Notes: generated by a model not told the origin, from the letters alone. DNA of 40,624 nucleotides from a bacterium (GCA_044868695.1 JBIOWP010000027.1:1-40624), one strand, 5' to 3'; positions 1 through 9,721 are shown, counted from the stretch's first letter. Made by a program: numbers and translations.

Positions 1-1800
1 TCAGAAGGGCGCCCCGAGCGACAGCCAGGTCTGGCGGCTGCCGTCCGCGGCCCATGCCAGGTCGATCCGGATGGGGCCCAGCGGGGTGTTGATGGCCAGC
101 CCGACGCCGTATCCCACGTCGGGATTCACAAACGACATCGGTGCGTTGCCGGCGTCAACGAAGAGGGCCATGGCCACGTCCTGGAACGACGGAACCAGTG
201 CGCTGAGCGGGAACCGGTACTCCAGGTTAGCGACCACGATGCTGTTCTCACGGATGAATCCCGATGGCCGTGCGCGCAGGGTGCTGGGGCCGCCGAATAC
301 GAACCGCTCCTGCAGGGGCAAATTCCCCGTCGCCGCGCCGAGGAACACGCGCCCGACAATGACGCTCTCCTTCCCCACCGGAAACAAGCGCTGGTAGTCG
401 ATGGTGTACTTCGTAAAGTCGAAGTCGCTCCCGAACGACACAATCGCCAGCTCGCCAGACGCCGCCACGCGATCGCCCGAGGTGGGGTTGAAGCGCGCAT
501 TTCTGGTGTCCCGCACGACGCCCAACTGCAGGCTGACAACGCGCCCGGGGACGAACCCTGACGGCGGCGGGGAGATAGGACTGCCGGGATCATTAGGGTC
601 GATCGGCAGCAGCGTGATCTCGGAGCGCTCGCTCCGCAGCCGGATCGATCCGGTCGTGGCGCCGTCGAACGGCCGGCTGAACGCGAGGATGGCGCCGTCG
701 CGCTGAAGGCTGTACCGCGACTGCACCGCGCCCAGCACATCGTACTCCTGTTCCACCGACGCGCGCGAGAACAGGCTGAGGTCGAGCGCGGTCGCCGAGT
801 CATCCAGGAACGGCTCGGTGAAACTGACTTCGTAGTTGAGCTGCTGGTCTGAGCCGGTCTGCACCGCGCGTTCCGCCCGCACGGCGAAGGACTGCGCGCG
901 GCCCTGCCAGTTGCGGTCGCGGTACTCGACGAATCCGAGCAACCCGTCACGGGAACTGTATCCCAGTCCGAACGACGCCTGCGCGGTGCGGGCCTCCTTG
1001 ACCTCGATCACAATCACCGCGGCGTCGGCCGTGCTCCCCGGTTCCGGACGCGCCCGGATCGACTCGAACAGTCCCGTATCGAACAGCCGCTGAAGGTCGC
1101 GCTGCAGCGCGTTCACGTCGAACGGGCCCCCGGGTCGGATTTCCCGGACGTAGCGCTGCGCGATGGCGGGGTGGGTCTTCTGGAGTCCCTCGAACCGCAC
1201 GCGTTCGATCGCGCCCTCAGAGATCCTGACTCGGAGGCGCGCCTGGTCGGGGCGGTCCGCGGGGAGGATTCCAAGATCGGCGACGCGGGCGAGCGCAAAT
1301 CCCTTCTCCTCGTACAGCTTCTGGACGGCCTGGGCGCCGTCGCGCATCTTCCTCAGGTTCAGCACCTCACCCACCGGGAGGCCCAGCGCCGCCTGGATCT
1401 CGGCGGCGTTGAGCACGGTGTTGCCCTCGATCACGACCTCCGCGATGACCGGGTTCTCGGTGACGAGAAAGATGACGACCACGCCGCTCTGCTCCGATTC
1501 CAGGCGGGCCGACACGTCGGTAAACCAGCCCAGATCGTTGATCGCGCGGACGTCGGCGCGGAGCTTCTCGTCGCCATACGGCTCCCCCACTTTCGTTTCG
1601 GTCACGGCGGCGAGAATCGTGTCGGCGGAGATGCGCGCATTCCCGGCGACGTCAATCCGCGTCACCACGGGGGCCGGCTGCTGCGGGGCGGGCGACGCAG
1701 GCTGGGAGCCCGGCTGCGTGAATCCCGGCACCGGCAAGACGGCCAGGCACACAAAGAGCGCGGCGGCCAGGATCGGACGGCGTGCAGAACGGCTCACCAT
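1..1800 (-). CDS. bamA: Omp85/BamA-family outer membrane protein with about 3 POTRA domains
   Basis: Sec signal peptide; three POTRA-like repeats (VTRIDVAGN, IAEVVIEGN, IERVRFEGL); barrel motifs GLGYSS, FVFGGPSTLR, TPLGPIRIDLA; C-terminal Phe; GAAGGAGG RBS before ATG at 1800. Could be a TamA-type paralogue. Confidence 0.88.
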   Translation of the reverse strand: MVSRSARRPILAAALFVCLAVLPVPGFTQPGSQPASPAPQQPAPVVTRIDVAGNARISADTILAAVTETKVGEPYGDEKLRADVRAINDLGWFTDVSARLESEQSGVVVIFLVTENPVIAEVVIEGNTVLNAAEIQAALGLPVGEVLNLRKMRDGAQAVQKLYEEKGFALARVADLGILPADRPDQARLRVRISEGAIERVRFEGLQKTHPAIAQRYVREIRPGGPFDVNALQRDLQRLFDTGLFESIRARPEPGSTADAAVIVIEVKEARTAQASFGLGYSSRDGLLGFVEYRDRNWQGRAQSFAVRAERAVQTGSDQQLNYEVSFTEPFLDDSATALDLSLFSRASVEQEYDVLGAVQSRYSLQRDGAILAFSRPFDGATTGSIRLRSERSEITLLPIDPNDPGSPISPPPSGFVPGRVVSLQLGVVRDTRNARFNPTSGDRVAASGELAIVSFGSDFDFTKYTIDYQRLFPVGKESVIVGRVFLGAATGNLPLQERFVFGGPSTLRARPSGFIRENSIVVANLEYRFPLSALVPSFQDVAMALFVDAGNAPMSFVNPDVGYGVGLAINTPLGPIRIDLAWAADGSRQTWLSLGAPF

Positions 1801-1885
1801 GCCTCCTTCACGAGACACAGATGCAGGACAGGCCGCAGCGGCGGCCCCGCGCACGATGGTCGAACACCACCTGACGGTACGGGGA

Positions 1886-2461
1886 CTATGGGCCGGTGGG
1901 TTCCCGCCGCAGCGCCCGCTCAGCGGTCAAGACGAGATCCAACAACTCAGGGACAGAGAGATGCAGCGATCCTCCGGTGGCCATGCGCGGACGGGGTTCG
2001 CCGGCCATCGGGTACGGCAACGGCCCGCCCGATGTTCCCCCGGCGGTAACCGGCGACGCCGGGACCGCACCCGGCGCGGTGACCGGGTGGACCGCCGGTC
2101 CCTGTGGAAACACCAGCGAGTCGAGCAGCGAGCCGGATGCCGCCGCCAGCCGCACGATCGGAGGTGCCGGCGCGGGCGACACCGAAGCCGGACCCGCGGG
2201 CCCCCGGATCGCCACCAGGAGCGCGGCCACCAGCCCCCCCGCCATCAGCGCAAGGGCCGGGCGCGCGTCCCGGCCTCGACGTTCCGCGTGGGGAACCCCG
2301 ACCGCCGCCAGCGCGTGGCGCACTTCGGCATCGGCCAGCACCAGCGTCAAGACGCCGCGGGCCACGTTGCCCTGCGCGCACTGCCGGCGCGCGCGGTCCA
2401 GCCAGCGCTCGGCAAACCCGATCCGTGCGATCACCTGTTCGCCGCTTTCAGTGACGCTCAT
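1886..2461 (-). CDS. Hypothetical single-pass membrane protein (candidate anti-sigma factor)
   Basis: Helical N-terminus, one hydrophobic segment (ALALMAGGLVAALLVAI), Pro/Ala-rich C-terminus; GGAG RBS; lies directly downstream of the sigma gene. Confidence 0.6.
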   Translation of the reverse strand: MSVTESGEQVIARIGFAERWLDRARRQCAQGNVARGVLTLVLADAEVRHALAAVGVPHAERRGRDARPALALMAGGLVAALLVAIRGPAGPASVSPAPAPPIVRLAAASGSLLDSLVFPQGPAVHPVTAPGAVPASPVTAGGTSGGPLPYPMAGEPRPRMATGGSLHLSVPELLDLVLTAERALRREPTGP

Positions 2462-2500
2462 CGCACCGCTCCCCTCTCGAGCGCGTGACATCCACAAATC

Positions 2501-3148
2501 CTAATATCCGTGTGCCTTGCCCGTCTGGTGCACGTCATCGAGGACCAATTGCCGGATGTGCGCGAGGGCTTGTTTGTGGAGGCGGTAGAAGTGTGACAGG
2601 CTGATCCGCAGGTCCGCGGCAATCTTCCGCGGGTCGCGCGATTCCACGTAGGCGGCCCGCAGGATCGCCCGCTCGCGCGCCGGCAGGCCCTCGATGGCGT
2701 CCCGCACCTGCGCCAGTATCGCGGCGTCTTCGACGCCACCCAGCGCGTCGTCGGACGCCGGATCAGCGAGCCGCGTGGCCAGCGCCATCTCCGCCTGCCC
2801 GTCCTGCTCCAGCGAATACTCGACCGGCCGGACGCGCCGCAGCGAGTTCAACACGCGGCCGCGGATCCGGTAGGTGGCGAACGTGGAAAAGCGGACCCCG
2901 CGCAGATGGTCGAAGCGCTCGACCGCCTCGATGAGCCCGACGGTCCCTTCCTGCAGCATGTCCATGAGCGAGGGGTCCGGCGGCCGGATCTGCATGACCA
3001 CTTTGAACACGAGCGGCTGATATGCCTCAATGAGGCGCAGGCGGCAGTCGATGTCTCCCCTCACGCGATAGTGCTCCCACAGCAGACGCTCTTCGTCTGC
3101 GGTCAGCAGGACGATGCTCTGCAGCTCTTTCAGATACTGAGTCAGCAC
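2501..3148 (-). CDS. Alternative sigma-70 family RNA polymerase sigma factor (regions 1.2, 2 and 4; region 3 short or absent)
   Basis: YLKEL..LLTADEE (region 1.2); DMLQEGTVGLIEAVERFD..RGVRFSTFATYRIRG (region 2); LPARERAIL..KIAADLRIS (region 4). GTG start chosen; the ORF is open to 3211. Confidence 0.9.
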   Translation of the reverse strand: MLTQYLKELQSIVLLTADEERLLWEHYRVRGDIDCRLRLIEAYQPLVFKVVMQIRPPDPSLMDMLQEGTVGLIEAVERFDHLRGVRFSTFATYRIRGRVLNSLRRVRPVEYSLEQDGQAEMALATRLADPASDDALGGVEDAAILAQVRDAIEGLPARERAILRAAYVESRDPRKIAADLRISLSHFYRLHKQALAHIRQLVLDDVHQTGKAHGY

Positions 3149-3190
3149 AGAGGGGGGACGCTCACACCTGCGAAATGATTTCCTGCCGAA

Positions 3191-3219
3191 GGTTCGCAGG
3201 CCGGAGGACAAAGTCCTGC
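3191..3219 (-). promoter_or_regulatory. SigmaH-like promoter candidate upstream of the sigma gene
   Basis: Minus strand GCAGGACTT-N12-TGCGAACC, similar to the RNAGGAWWW-N11/12-RNNGAAT consensus and to motifs at 9601 and 14791. Confidence 0.4.
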
Positions 3220-3232
3220 GCGCAAAACCGAC

Positions 3233-3306
3233 ACTGCGGGAGCCGGGATACGGGAGCAGATGACTGCAGTTTCGGATCCCTGATCCCAGATCCCTGATCC
3301 CGCAGT
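3233..3306. repeat. Inverted arrangement of 7-bp tandem repeats (hairpin)
   Basis: Left arm ACTG-CGGGAGC-CGGGATA-CGGGAGC; right arm GATCCCT-GATCCCA-GATCCCT-GATCCCG-CAGT; outer ACTGCGGG/CCCGCAGT are perfectly complementary; directly after the tamB stop. Confidence 0.8.
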
Positions 3307-3312
3307 TTCGCG

Positions 3313-6300
3313 TCAGTAGCGGTAGGCGATGCGGTAGAAAATGTCGTACGTCCCCTGGTTGTCCACGGAGAAACTCATCATGGTGATCGGGGTAAACCGG
3401 TACTCCAGCGACCAGACGTACCGGGGATCCACTCCGAATTCTGAGGTCATGGTCACATACAGGTTTCGTACAAGGGATTTGCCCAAGCGCAAGGTGAGGG
3501 GTCGCTCCGCATCATAGACGATGGTGAACTCTTCCAGACCGAACGCCTGCGCCATCGCCCGGCTCATCGATCCAAAGACGGCGGCGCCGACTTCCGCCTG
3601 GAGCACCGCCTCCACCTCGTCGCCGCGGAGCAGCCGTGTGACACCCACCCGGCCGGCCAGGCCGGCCAGGATTTCCTCGCGCGCCAGCGGGGGATCGGAG
3701 GCCAGGTCGACGACCAGCGCGTCCGGCGTGCCGTAGATGTGGAGGAAGACGCGGACCGTCTCCACCCGGCTTTCCTCTCCAAGGGCGTTGACCACCTGAA
3801 TCGTGGTTTCCGCCCTCGTGTCGACGTAGGGGGTCGTGGCCCGGAACTCCGCGAACGTCGCGTGTCCCTCCGTGAGGGTAAACGCGGAGTTGAATGCGGC
3901 AAATGTCCCGCGATCGGACTCCACCTCACCGGCGAGCCGGGGCCGCTGCCAGGTCCCGGAGGCGTGCACGCTGCCGTTCACCTGCAGCCGGAGCCGTCCC
4001 AGGTTGACCCACAACTCGTCGCCGGAAGCGAGCTCCAGGTCCAGCGCAGGGTCGAACCCTCCCGCTGGGCGCGCCGTGGGCGCAACCGACGGAATGAACA
4101 GGTCACCGTGCGACAGGGCCATGGACCCGCTGAGTGTCGGGTGCGCGACCGGACCATCCACACGGAGCATGCCGTCGGCGACCCCGTCGAAATATGGAGG
4201 GTATTGGAGGTGCGCCCCGTTCGCGTTGATCGTGAGCCTGACGCGGTCGGGCCTGAACCGCTGCAGGCCGATGGCCCCGGACAGCGCCAGCGTGCCTCCG
4301 CCGGCACGGGCTCGCAGGGTGTCCACCTGAATCTCGCCCTCCGCAAACAGCAGGCGGGCCTGCACGGCGGTCAGGGGCGAGGCCAGCCCGCGCAGCGCCA
4401 GCGTCCCGTCGGACGCCGTCACCTCGCCGGTCAGACGCGGCCGGGCGGGGGTGCCGGTGAGATGTATCTCGCCGGCCAATGGACCCTCTCCCTGCTCGAT
4501 TCGCTCCGTCAGAGCCGCCAGCAGGGTCAGGTCCGCGTCCACCAGCGACAGGCGGAGATCGATCGGCTGTGTCTCGTTCACGCGGAGCCGCATCAGGTCC
4601 AGCGGAAGCGTCCCTGTGATCTTCACCTTGTGGCGCTCCTGCTGCAGCAGCCCCTGCTCCACGTGAAGCTGTCCGTCCCGGTAGAATGCCTGCAGCACGA
4701 TACGGTCGAAGACGGCAGCACCCGCCGCGCCGGTGGTCACGCTCGCCGACACACCCATCACCGGATCCGACAGCACACCGCTCAGTTGGAGCGTAAAGTC
4801 CAGGTCCCCCCCGAGCGGCCGCGTCAGACCCGTCAGCGGGCGCAGGAGGTCCAGGGTCAGACCCTGGCCGCTGAGCTCCAACTCGGTGTGTCCGGCCAAG
4901 TCAAAGCGCCCGGCGCCGACCAGCCTCCCCTGGTCGGGTGTAACCGAGAGCGACCGCATGACAATCGCATGATCGGAGAGCGTGGCGCTGACGACCGCGT
5001 GCCGGATAGGATAGTCACCAAGGATCCCGTCGGCCATCTCTGCGGTGAGCGCCGCGGTCGGATTCCGCAACCGTCCGGTGATCGTCAGCTCCCCGTCCAC
5101 CGCGCCATCGACGCGCACCGGCGGCCGGACGCGCCCCAGGCCCAGCACGGTCGCGAGCCTCGCCCGCCGCGCCGTGCCCCGCAGATCCACCACGGCATCG
5201 TCACCCAGCAGCACCGCGCCCGACAGGGCCACCGTCCCGCCGCCGTGCGTCAGTGTCAGCGGGGCCAGCACCAGCCGGCTCCCTTGGTACCGCACGGTCC
5301 CATCGGCGCGGTCCAAGGGCTGCCCGTTCACACGCAGTGACGTCGACGACACCGTTGCCGCCACCGTCGGCGCAGCCAGGGTGCCGCCGAGTGTCCCGTC
5401 CACGTCGAGCGCTCCCACGATCCGGACGGTGTCATTGCGGAGCGCGGTGATATCGGCAACGTCGAGGTCCTTGGCCGCAAACGACAGGGCCAGCCTGCCG
5501 CGCTGATCGATGCTTCCGTGCATCGTGACGCGCGAGGCGTTGATCTCCAGCAGGGCATCGTCCAGCAGGAGGGTGGCCTGCTCCCAGCGGAACGCCGCCG
5601 CAACCCGATCCACGGGCTGACCGCGCACGAGGGCGTCCGCAATCGTGATCGTCCCGCCGGCCCGCGGGGCGTTGAGGGTCCCCGCAAACTGCAGCGTCCC
5701 CTCCACCGTCCCGGTGACGTCGACAGGAATTTTCCCAATATCGAGCAGCCGCTGCGCCGGGATGTGGCGCGCGCTCACCGTGAGATTCAGTCTCTCGGGA
5801 TCCGCCCACCGGATGTCTCCCTTCGCCTCATACGTGCCCTGGCCGTCCCGGAGCAGCAGCCCCCGTGTCTGCAGCCCGCCGGTCCCAATCTGCACCGGGC
5901 CACGGGCGCGATCGAACGGGAACGGTCCCAGCCGGCCATCGCGGGCGTCGAGCGCCCCCACGACCACGGGGGCGTCCGACGGACCGGTAACCCGGCCAAC
6001 CAGGTCCGCCGTGCCGGCCAACCAGCGGCGCGGTCCGGTGAGGTCGCCGATCGCCCGGAGGTTGACGTCACTTGCCACGAGGGTCAGATCAACGGTCCCC
6101 TCGCTGACCGCGCCCAACGCGTGCACGACGGTAGGGCCGCTGCGAATATCGACGCGATCCACGTCCACCACGCCGGGGGCGAACCCCAGAACGGCCTCGG
6201 CGCGATCAAAGGGCATCCCCACGACCCGGCCGCCCACCACCGTCAGCCGCGCGTGGCCGACGACGGCACCCGGTGATCCGGCGGCGGCCACGAATCCGGT

Positions 6301-7665
6301 GGTGGCTCCATGGAGTGGAACACGGCTCCGTGCAACGCCGCCGACGGAGGCGGCATCAACGCCGTCAAGACTGGCGAGGAGGAAGAACTCGCGCGTCGGG
6401 AGCGCGATGCGGGCGTACCCACGCGCGCGTCCCCCGTCCACGAGGGCATCGACATTGTCCAGCACCAGCAGACCGCCGTAGTATTGCACCCCAGTCGAGA
6501 GATCCGCAAACGTATGCCCGTCCGCGTGTCCGGCCGCGTTGGTGAGCGACCCCTCGACCAGCAGAGCGTCGAGCGGTCCCTGGACGCGGACTTCGCCGCC
6601 GGTTTCGCCGGAGAGCTGCAGGGCCGCATGCGAAAACAGCAGCCGCCGCAGGATCGCCAGATCCAGCGAGGGCGAGCGCACCGCCAGGTCGAGGTGCATG
6701 CCGGCGAGGTGCCTCACCTCACCGCGCACCCACACCGGCGAGGTCCCCACGGTCATCGCGAGCCCCTCACTGGCCACACGCCGGTTGTCCAGTTCCACCG
6801 GCCCCTCAATTCCTGAAATCGGGATCTGCTGGGGCATCAGCACCGCGCGGCTGTCGGACAGGCGGAGGCGTGCTCGATAGTCTGCCGCGGTCGCGACATT
6901 CCCCCGGGAGAGCACGACGCGCAGATTGCCGTCCACGGTGCCGCCGGTCCACCGCAGCCAGCCTACCCGGGAGAGGTACCGGCCCCAGTGGGCCACCGAG
7001 ACGCCTCGGACGTCTATGGCAACATCCACCACCCCGGCCGCCGGCACCGCCGTCCCCGAAAGATGCAGCAGCGCCGGAGTGCGCCCGTCCGTGTTCACGG
7101 CATCCACGTCCATGCGCAGCCGCGGTGAGGCCTGCCAGGACACGGTCCCCGTCACGCGCTCAAAGTGGGAGGTGAACGCGGCGGGGAGCTGCCAGGCGTC
7201 GGTGAGCACCAGCCGGCCCTCGCGGACCTCCACGGTTCCGGCAAACGCGCGTCCTGTCGCTGTCTGCCGCGGGATGTCGGGCAGGTCCCAGCGGCCATCC
7301 GCGCCGCGGGACAGCACGAGGAGCGGACGGTGGAGCTCAATCGCCGCCAGGCTCGGGGCCGGAGCGCGTCCGCGCAGCAGATCGGCGAAGAGGGTCAGAG
7401 CGCGAAACCGCAAGACAATGCGCGAGGCTTCGAAGAACGGTCCGGGGACGCCGGGCTGGGCAGCGATCCGGACGCCGTCGAGCACAATCCCGCGCAGCGG
7501 GTCGCCGGCCAGCCGCTCGACGCGGACCTCGCGGCCCAGGGAGCGGGACATCTGCTCCACGACGGTGGCCCGCAGGGCATGAGCCAGCGTCCCGGAGCCG
7601 GCCAGCCAGGCCAGGCTGACCCCGAGGACGACAATCAGGCCGATGATGAGAAGCGTGACGCGCAT
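3313..7665 (-). CDS. tamB: TamB/AsmA-like translocation and assembly module protein (DUF490-type C-terminus)
   Basis: 1450 aa; N-terminal membrane anchor; repeated beta-taco-like segments ending in G(T/S)xxxP; C-terminal DUF490-like region (LASDPPLAREEIL...LEYRF); near bamA. Confidence 0.88.
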   Translation of the reverse strand: MRVTLLIIGLIVVLGVSLAWLAGSGTLAHALRATVVEQMSRSLGREVRVERLAGDPLRGIVLDGVRIAAQPGVPGPFFEASRIVLRFRALTLFADLLRGRAPAPSLAAIELHRPLLVLSRGADGRWDLPDIPRQTATGRAFAGTVEVREGRLVLTDAWQLPAAFTSHFERVTGTVSWQASPRLRMDVDAVNTDGRTPALLHLSGTAVPAAGVVDVAIDVRGVSVAHWGRYLSRVGWLRWTGGTVDGNLRVVLSRGNVATAADYRARLRLSDSRAVLMPQQIPISGIEGPVELDNRRVASEGLAMTVGTSPVWVRGEVRHLAGMHLDLAVRSPSLDLAILRRLLFSHAALQLSGETGGEVRVQGPLDALLVEGSLTNAAGHADGHTFADLSTGVQYYGGLLVLDNVDALVDGGRARGYARIALPTREFFLLASLDGVDAASVGGVARSRVPLHGATTGFVAAAGSPGAVVGHARLTVVGGRVVGMPFDRAEAVLGFAPGVVDVDRVDIRSGPTVVHALGAVSEGTVDLTLVASDVNLRAIGDLTGPRRWLAGTADLVGRVTGPSDAPVVVGALDARDGRLGPFPFDRARGPVQIGTGGLQTRGLLLRDGQGTYEAKGDIRWADPERLNLTVSARHIPAQRLLDIGKIPVDVTGTVEGTLQFAGTLNAPRAGGTITIADALVRGQPVDRVAAAFRWEQATLLLDDALLEINASRVTMHGSIDQRGRLALSFAAKDLDVADITALRNDTVRIVGALDVDGTLGGTLAAPTVAATVSSTSLRVNGQPLDRADGTVRYQGSRLVLAPLTLTHGGGTVALSGAVLLGDDAVVDLRGTARRARLATVLGLGRVRPPVRVDGAVDGELTITGRLRNPTAALTAEMADGILGDYPIRHAVVSATLSDHAIVMRSLSVTPDQGRLVGAGRFDLAGHTELELSGQGLTLDLLRPLTGLTRPLGGDLDFTLQLSGVLSDPVMGVSASVTTGAAGAAVFDRIVLQAFYRDGQLHVEQGLLQQERHKVKITGTLPLDLMRLRVNETQPIDLRLSLVDADLTLLAALTERIEQGEGPLAGEIHLTGTPARPRLTGEVTASDGTLALRGLASPLTAVQARLLFAEGEIQVDTLRARAGGGTLALSGAIGLQRFRPDRVRLTINANGAHLQYPPYFDGVADGMLRVDGPVAHPTLSGSMALSHGDLFIPSVAPTARPAGGFDPALDLELASGDELWVNLGRLRLQVNGSVHASGTWQRPRLAGEVESDRGTFAAFNSAFTLTEGHATFAEFRATTPYVDTRAETTIQVVNALGEESRVETVRVFLHIYGTPDALVVDLASDPPLAREEILAGLAGRVGVTRLLRGDEVEAVLQAEVGAAVFGSMSRAMAQAFGLEEFTIVYDAERPLTLRLGKSLVRNLYVTMTSEFGVDPRYVWSLEYRFTPITMMSFSVDNQGTYDIFYRIAYRY

Positions 7666-7764
7666 GAGCCAGCGGCACCCAGCCGACGCCGGGAGTGGAC
7701 GGCGCCGGTCCTCTCCGAGACATTCCCTCGGCGCTGCCGGGGTATTCCCCCACCCGTCCCGCGG

Positions 7765-9570
7765 CTAGCGAATCAGGATGGGGATCTGGACCTCGCCCTG
7801 CACCACCCAGTCGGTGCGAACCATATCGCCGGCGAAGACATCGAACTTTAGGAACTCGCTGCTCTCCGGCGGGAGGCCAAACGGAATCAACTGCAGCAGG
7901 ATGTCCGTGCTCTTCCCGAAATCCTCGAACACCTGGATCGCGTCGGCCAGCGTCGCGGCGGTGCTCGGCGCGGGTTCCCCCAGGAGGAACTGCGTGAGCC
8001 GCTCCTGGAGCGAGAATTCCACGGGGAGCTGTTTGCCGGCTGAACTCACCACCAGGACCGTGGGGCCCCGCGGGTAGTTGCGCGGAATCGCCACCTCGAG
8101 GGTACGCGAAATGACCGTTTCTTCCTGGAACGGCCGCATCTTCAGCTGCACACGCAGCCGGTCGCCGGGGGCCACCTCGCGGCGCTCGACATCAACGTCC
8201 ACGATGGCCGCGGTGTGCCGTTTGGCGGACAGGCCGACCTCCACATTGATGTCGATCGGCTCGATCGACGCGAGATCGTTGTAGAACAGGAAATTCAACG
8301 CGTCGGGGAGCTCCAGGAGGGACGCCACGGCCACGTCGCGGCTGTTGTAAAAGACGTTCTCGCGCGTGATCACGCGCGGCAGCCCTTTCGCTCGAAGCGT
8401 CGTTTTGACCGAGGCCGTCCCCCCACCCAGAATCTGGTCCCGGGCGCGGTCGATGGCCGTGAGCGTCATGGCCGTCGCGAACAACTTGGCCAGGTCCTGG
8501 CGGCGCACGACCTGCATCCCCCGCTCGACCCGGCGGCCGGTGTCCTGGTCCACTACGGTGACGCGCACCGCAAACATGTGCGGCATCCGTCCCATGATAC
8601 CCCGGATGCCCGGACCGCGATCCTGGTCGATCTTCCCGATGAGCTCGCCGAGGTTCCCCTCCTTGAACGGACGCTCGAGGGTACGCACCACCGTGACAAT
8701 GTCGGAGGTCGTGAGGGCGTATTCGACGTCGCCCAGCTGCTCCCACGGATGCCCGCAGATGAGCATCTTGTCCCCCACGCGCAACGTCACCGTGCAGATG
8801 CCCCCGTAGCTCACATCGCCCCGCACCTGCAGGACCCCAACCGAACTCCCCCCGGTAATCGGCGCGGCCACAAATTTGGTCTGCGCGTCGTCATACTGCA
8901 GCAGCGGCTGCGCCGGCCCCAGGACTCGCTCGAGGAGTTGCATCGCCCGAGGAGAGAGCCCGGAAATCATCGCCGGAAAGGTCGCGGGGATGAACGCCGT
9001 CGTGCCCGGCAGTGCCGCCGCGTCAATACGCCGGGCCTGGTCCACGGTATCGGCAATCACGACGCGAGACACGCGCTGCCCGCCGATCCGCACCGGACGC
9101 GGGGCATCAAATACCCGCGGCCACGGCCCCTGCCCGGTCCCGCCAGGCAGGTCAAGCAGGGGCAGCATTTCCTCGATCGGCGTCCCCAGGGCGAGGTCCC
9201 GCTTGTCAGGTTGGAAGAGATAACCCGCGGACAGGGCGCCGGCCAGCCTCCCATTGATGAACAGCGGACTGCCGCTCATCCCGGCGGCGGTACCCCCGGA
9301 GCGGTCGATGACCGGACCGGAGACACGGAACAGGATGAGATGGCGCACGGGAATGATGCCCCCGCCGCCCCGGAGGATGCCGATGATCTCAATGGTGAAG
9401 TCCTCGATCTTCTGGCCCAGGATCACCGTGCGGCCGGTGCCGCGCATCCCGGGATGGATCTCCGCCAGCGGCAGGATCGGGGGGATCGCCGCCTTGGACT
9501 GAGCCCACCCCTGCAACGGCGCCAGCAGTACCGCCAGAAGCGCCGCTGCCACAACACAATGTCTTCCCAC
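7765..9570 (-). CDS. Secreted SpoIVB-like S55 serine peptidase with C-terminal extension
   Basis: Signal peptide; GTAAGMSGSP catalytic-Ser motif; ICGHP His motif; GGAGG RBS before GTG at 9570. Confidence 0.88.
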   Translation of the reverse strand: MGRHCVVAAALLAVLLAPLQGWAQSKAAIPPILPLAEIHPGMRGTGRTVILGQKIEDFTIEIIGILRGGGGIIPVRHLILFRVSGPVIDRSGGTAAGMSGSPLFINGRLAGALSAGYLFQPDKRDLALGTPIEEMLPLLDLPGGTGQGPWPRVFDAPRPVRIGGQRVSRVVIADTVDQARRIDAAALPGTTAFIPATFPAMISGLSPRAMQLLERVLGPAQPLLQYDDAQTKFVAAPITGGSSVGVLQVRGDVSYGGICTVTLRVGDKMLICGHPWEQLGDVEYALTTSDIVTVVRTLERPFKEGNLGELIGKIDQDRGPGIRGIMGRMPHMFAVRVTVVDQDTGRRVERGMQVVRRQDLAKLFATAMTLTAIDRARDQILGGGTASVKTTLRAKGLPRVITRENVFYNSRDVAVASLLELPDALNFLFYNDLASIEPIDINVEVGLSAKRHTAAIVDVDVERREVAPGDRLRVQLKMRPFQEETVISRTLEVAIPRNYPRGPTVLVVSSAGKQLPVEFSLQERLTQFLLGEPAPSTAATLADAIQVFEDFGKSTDILLQLIPFGLPPESSEFLKFDVFAGDMVRTDWVVQGEVQIPILIR

Positions 9571-9600
9571 TCGCCTGCCTCCCTCCCGGTCTGGTGTGGT

Positions 9601-9628
9601 GATTCCGCGTCCGCTCCTCAAATCCCGC
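9601..9628 (-). promoter_or_regulatory. SigmaH-like promoter upstream of the S55 peptidase gene
   Basis: Minus strand GCGGGATTT-N11-GCGGAATC. Confidence 0.55.
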
Positions 9629-9631
9629 ATC

Positions 9632-9708
9632 GGCACAACCTACACAAGCGACACAACTTCACGATGGAACCGGATTGTGTAGATTGTGTAGCTTGTGTAG
9701 ATTGAGTG
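9632..9708. repeat. Inverted arrangement of 9-bp tandem repeats (hairpin)
   Basis: GGCACAACC-TACACAAGC-GACACAACT (9632-9658) faces GATTGTGTA-GATTGTGTA-GCTTGTGTA-GATTGAGTG (9673-9708); TACACAAGC is the exact reverse complement of GCTTGTGTA. Confidence 0.8.
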
Positions 9709-9721
9709 GGTGTGGTTCGTC

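Noticed and set aside
7765..9570. Evidence of endospore formation from the SpoIVB-like gene
   Set aside because: Domain order differs from SpoIVB, there is no PDZ, no other spo genes are present, and the context is outer-membrane biogenesis.
9632..9708. Possible CRISPR array
   Set aside because: Units are 9 bp and contiguous, with no spacers and no cas genes.
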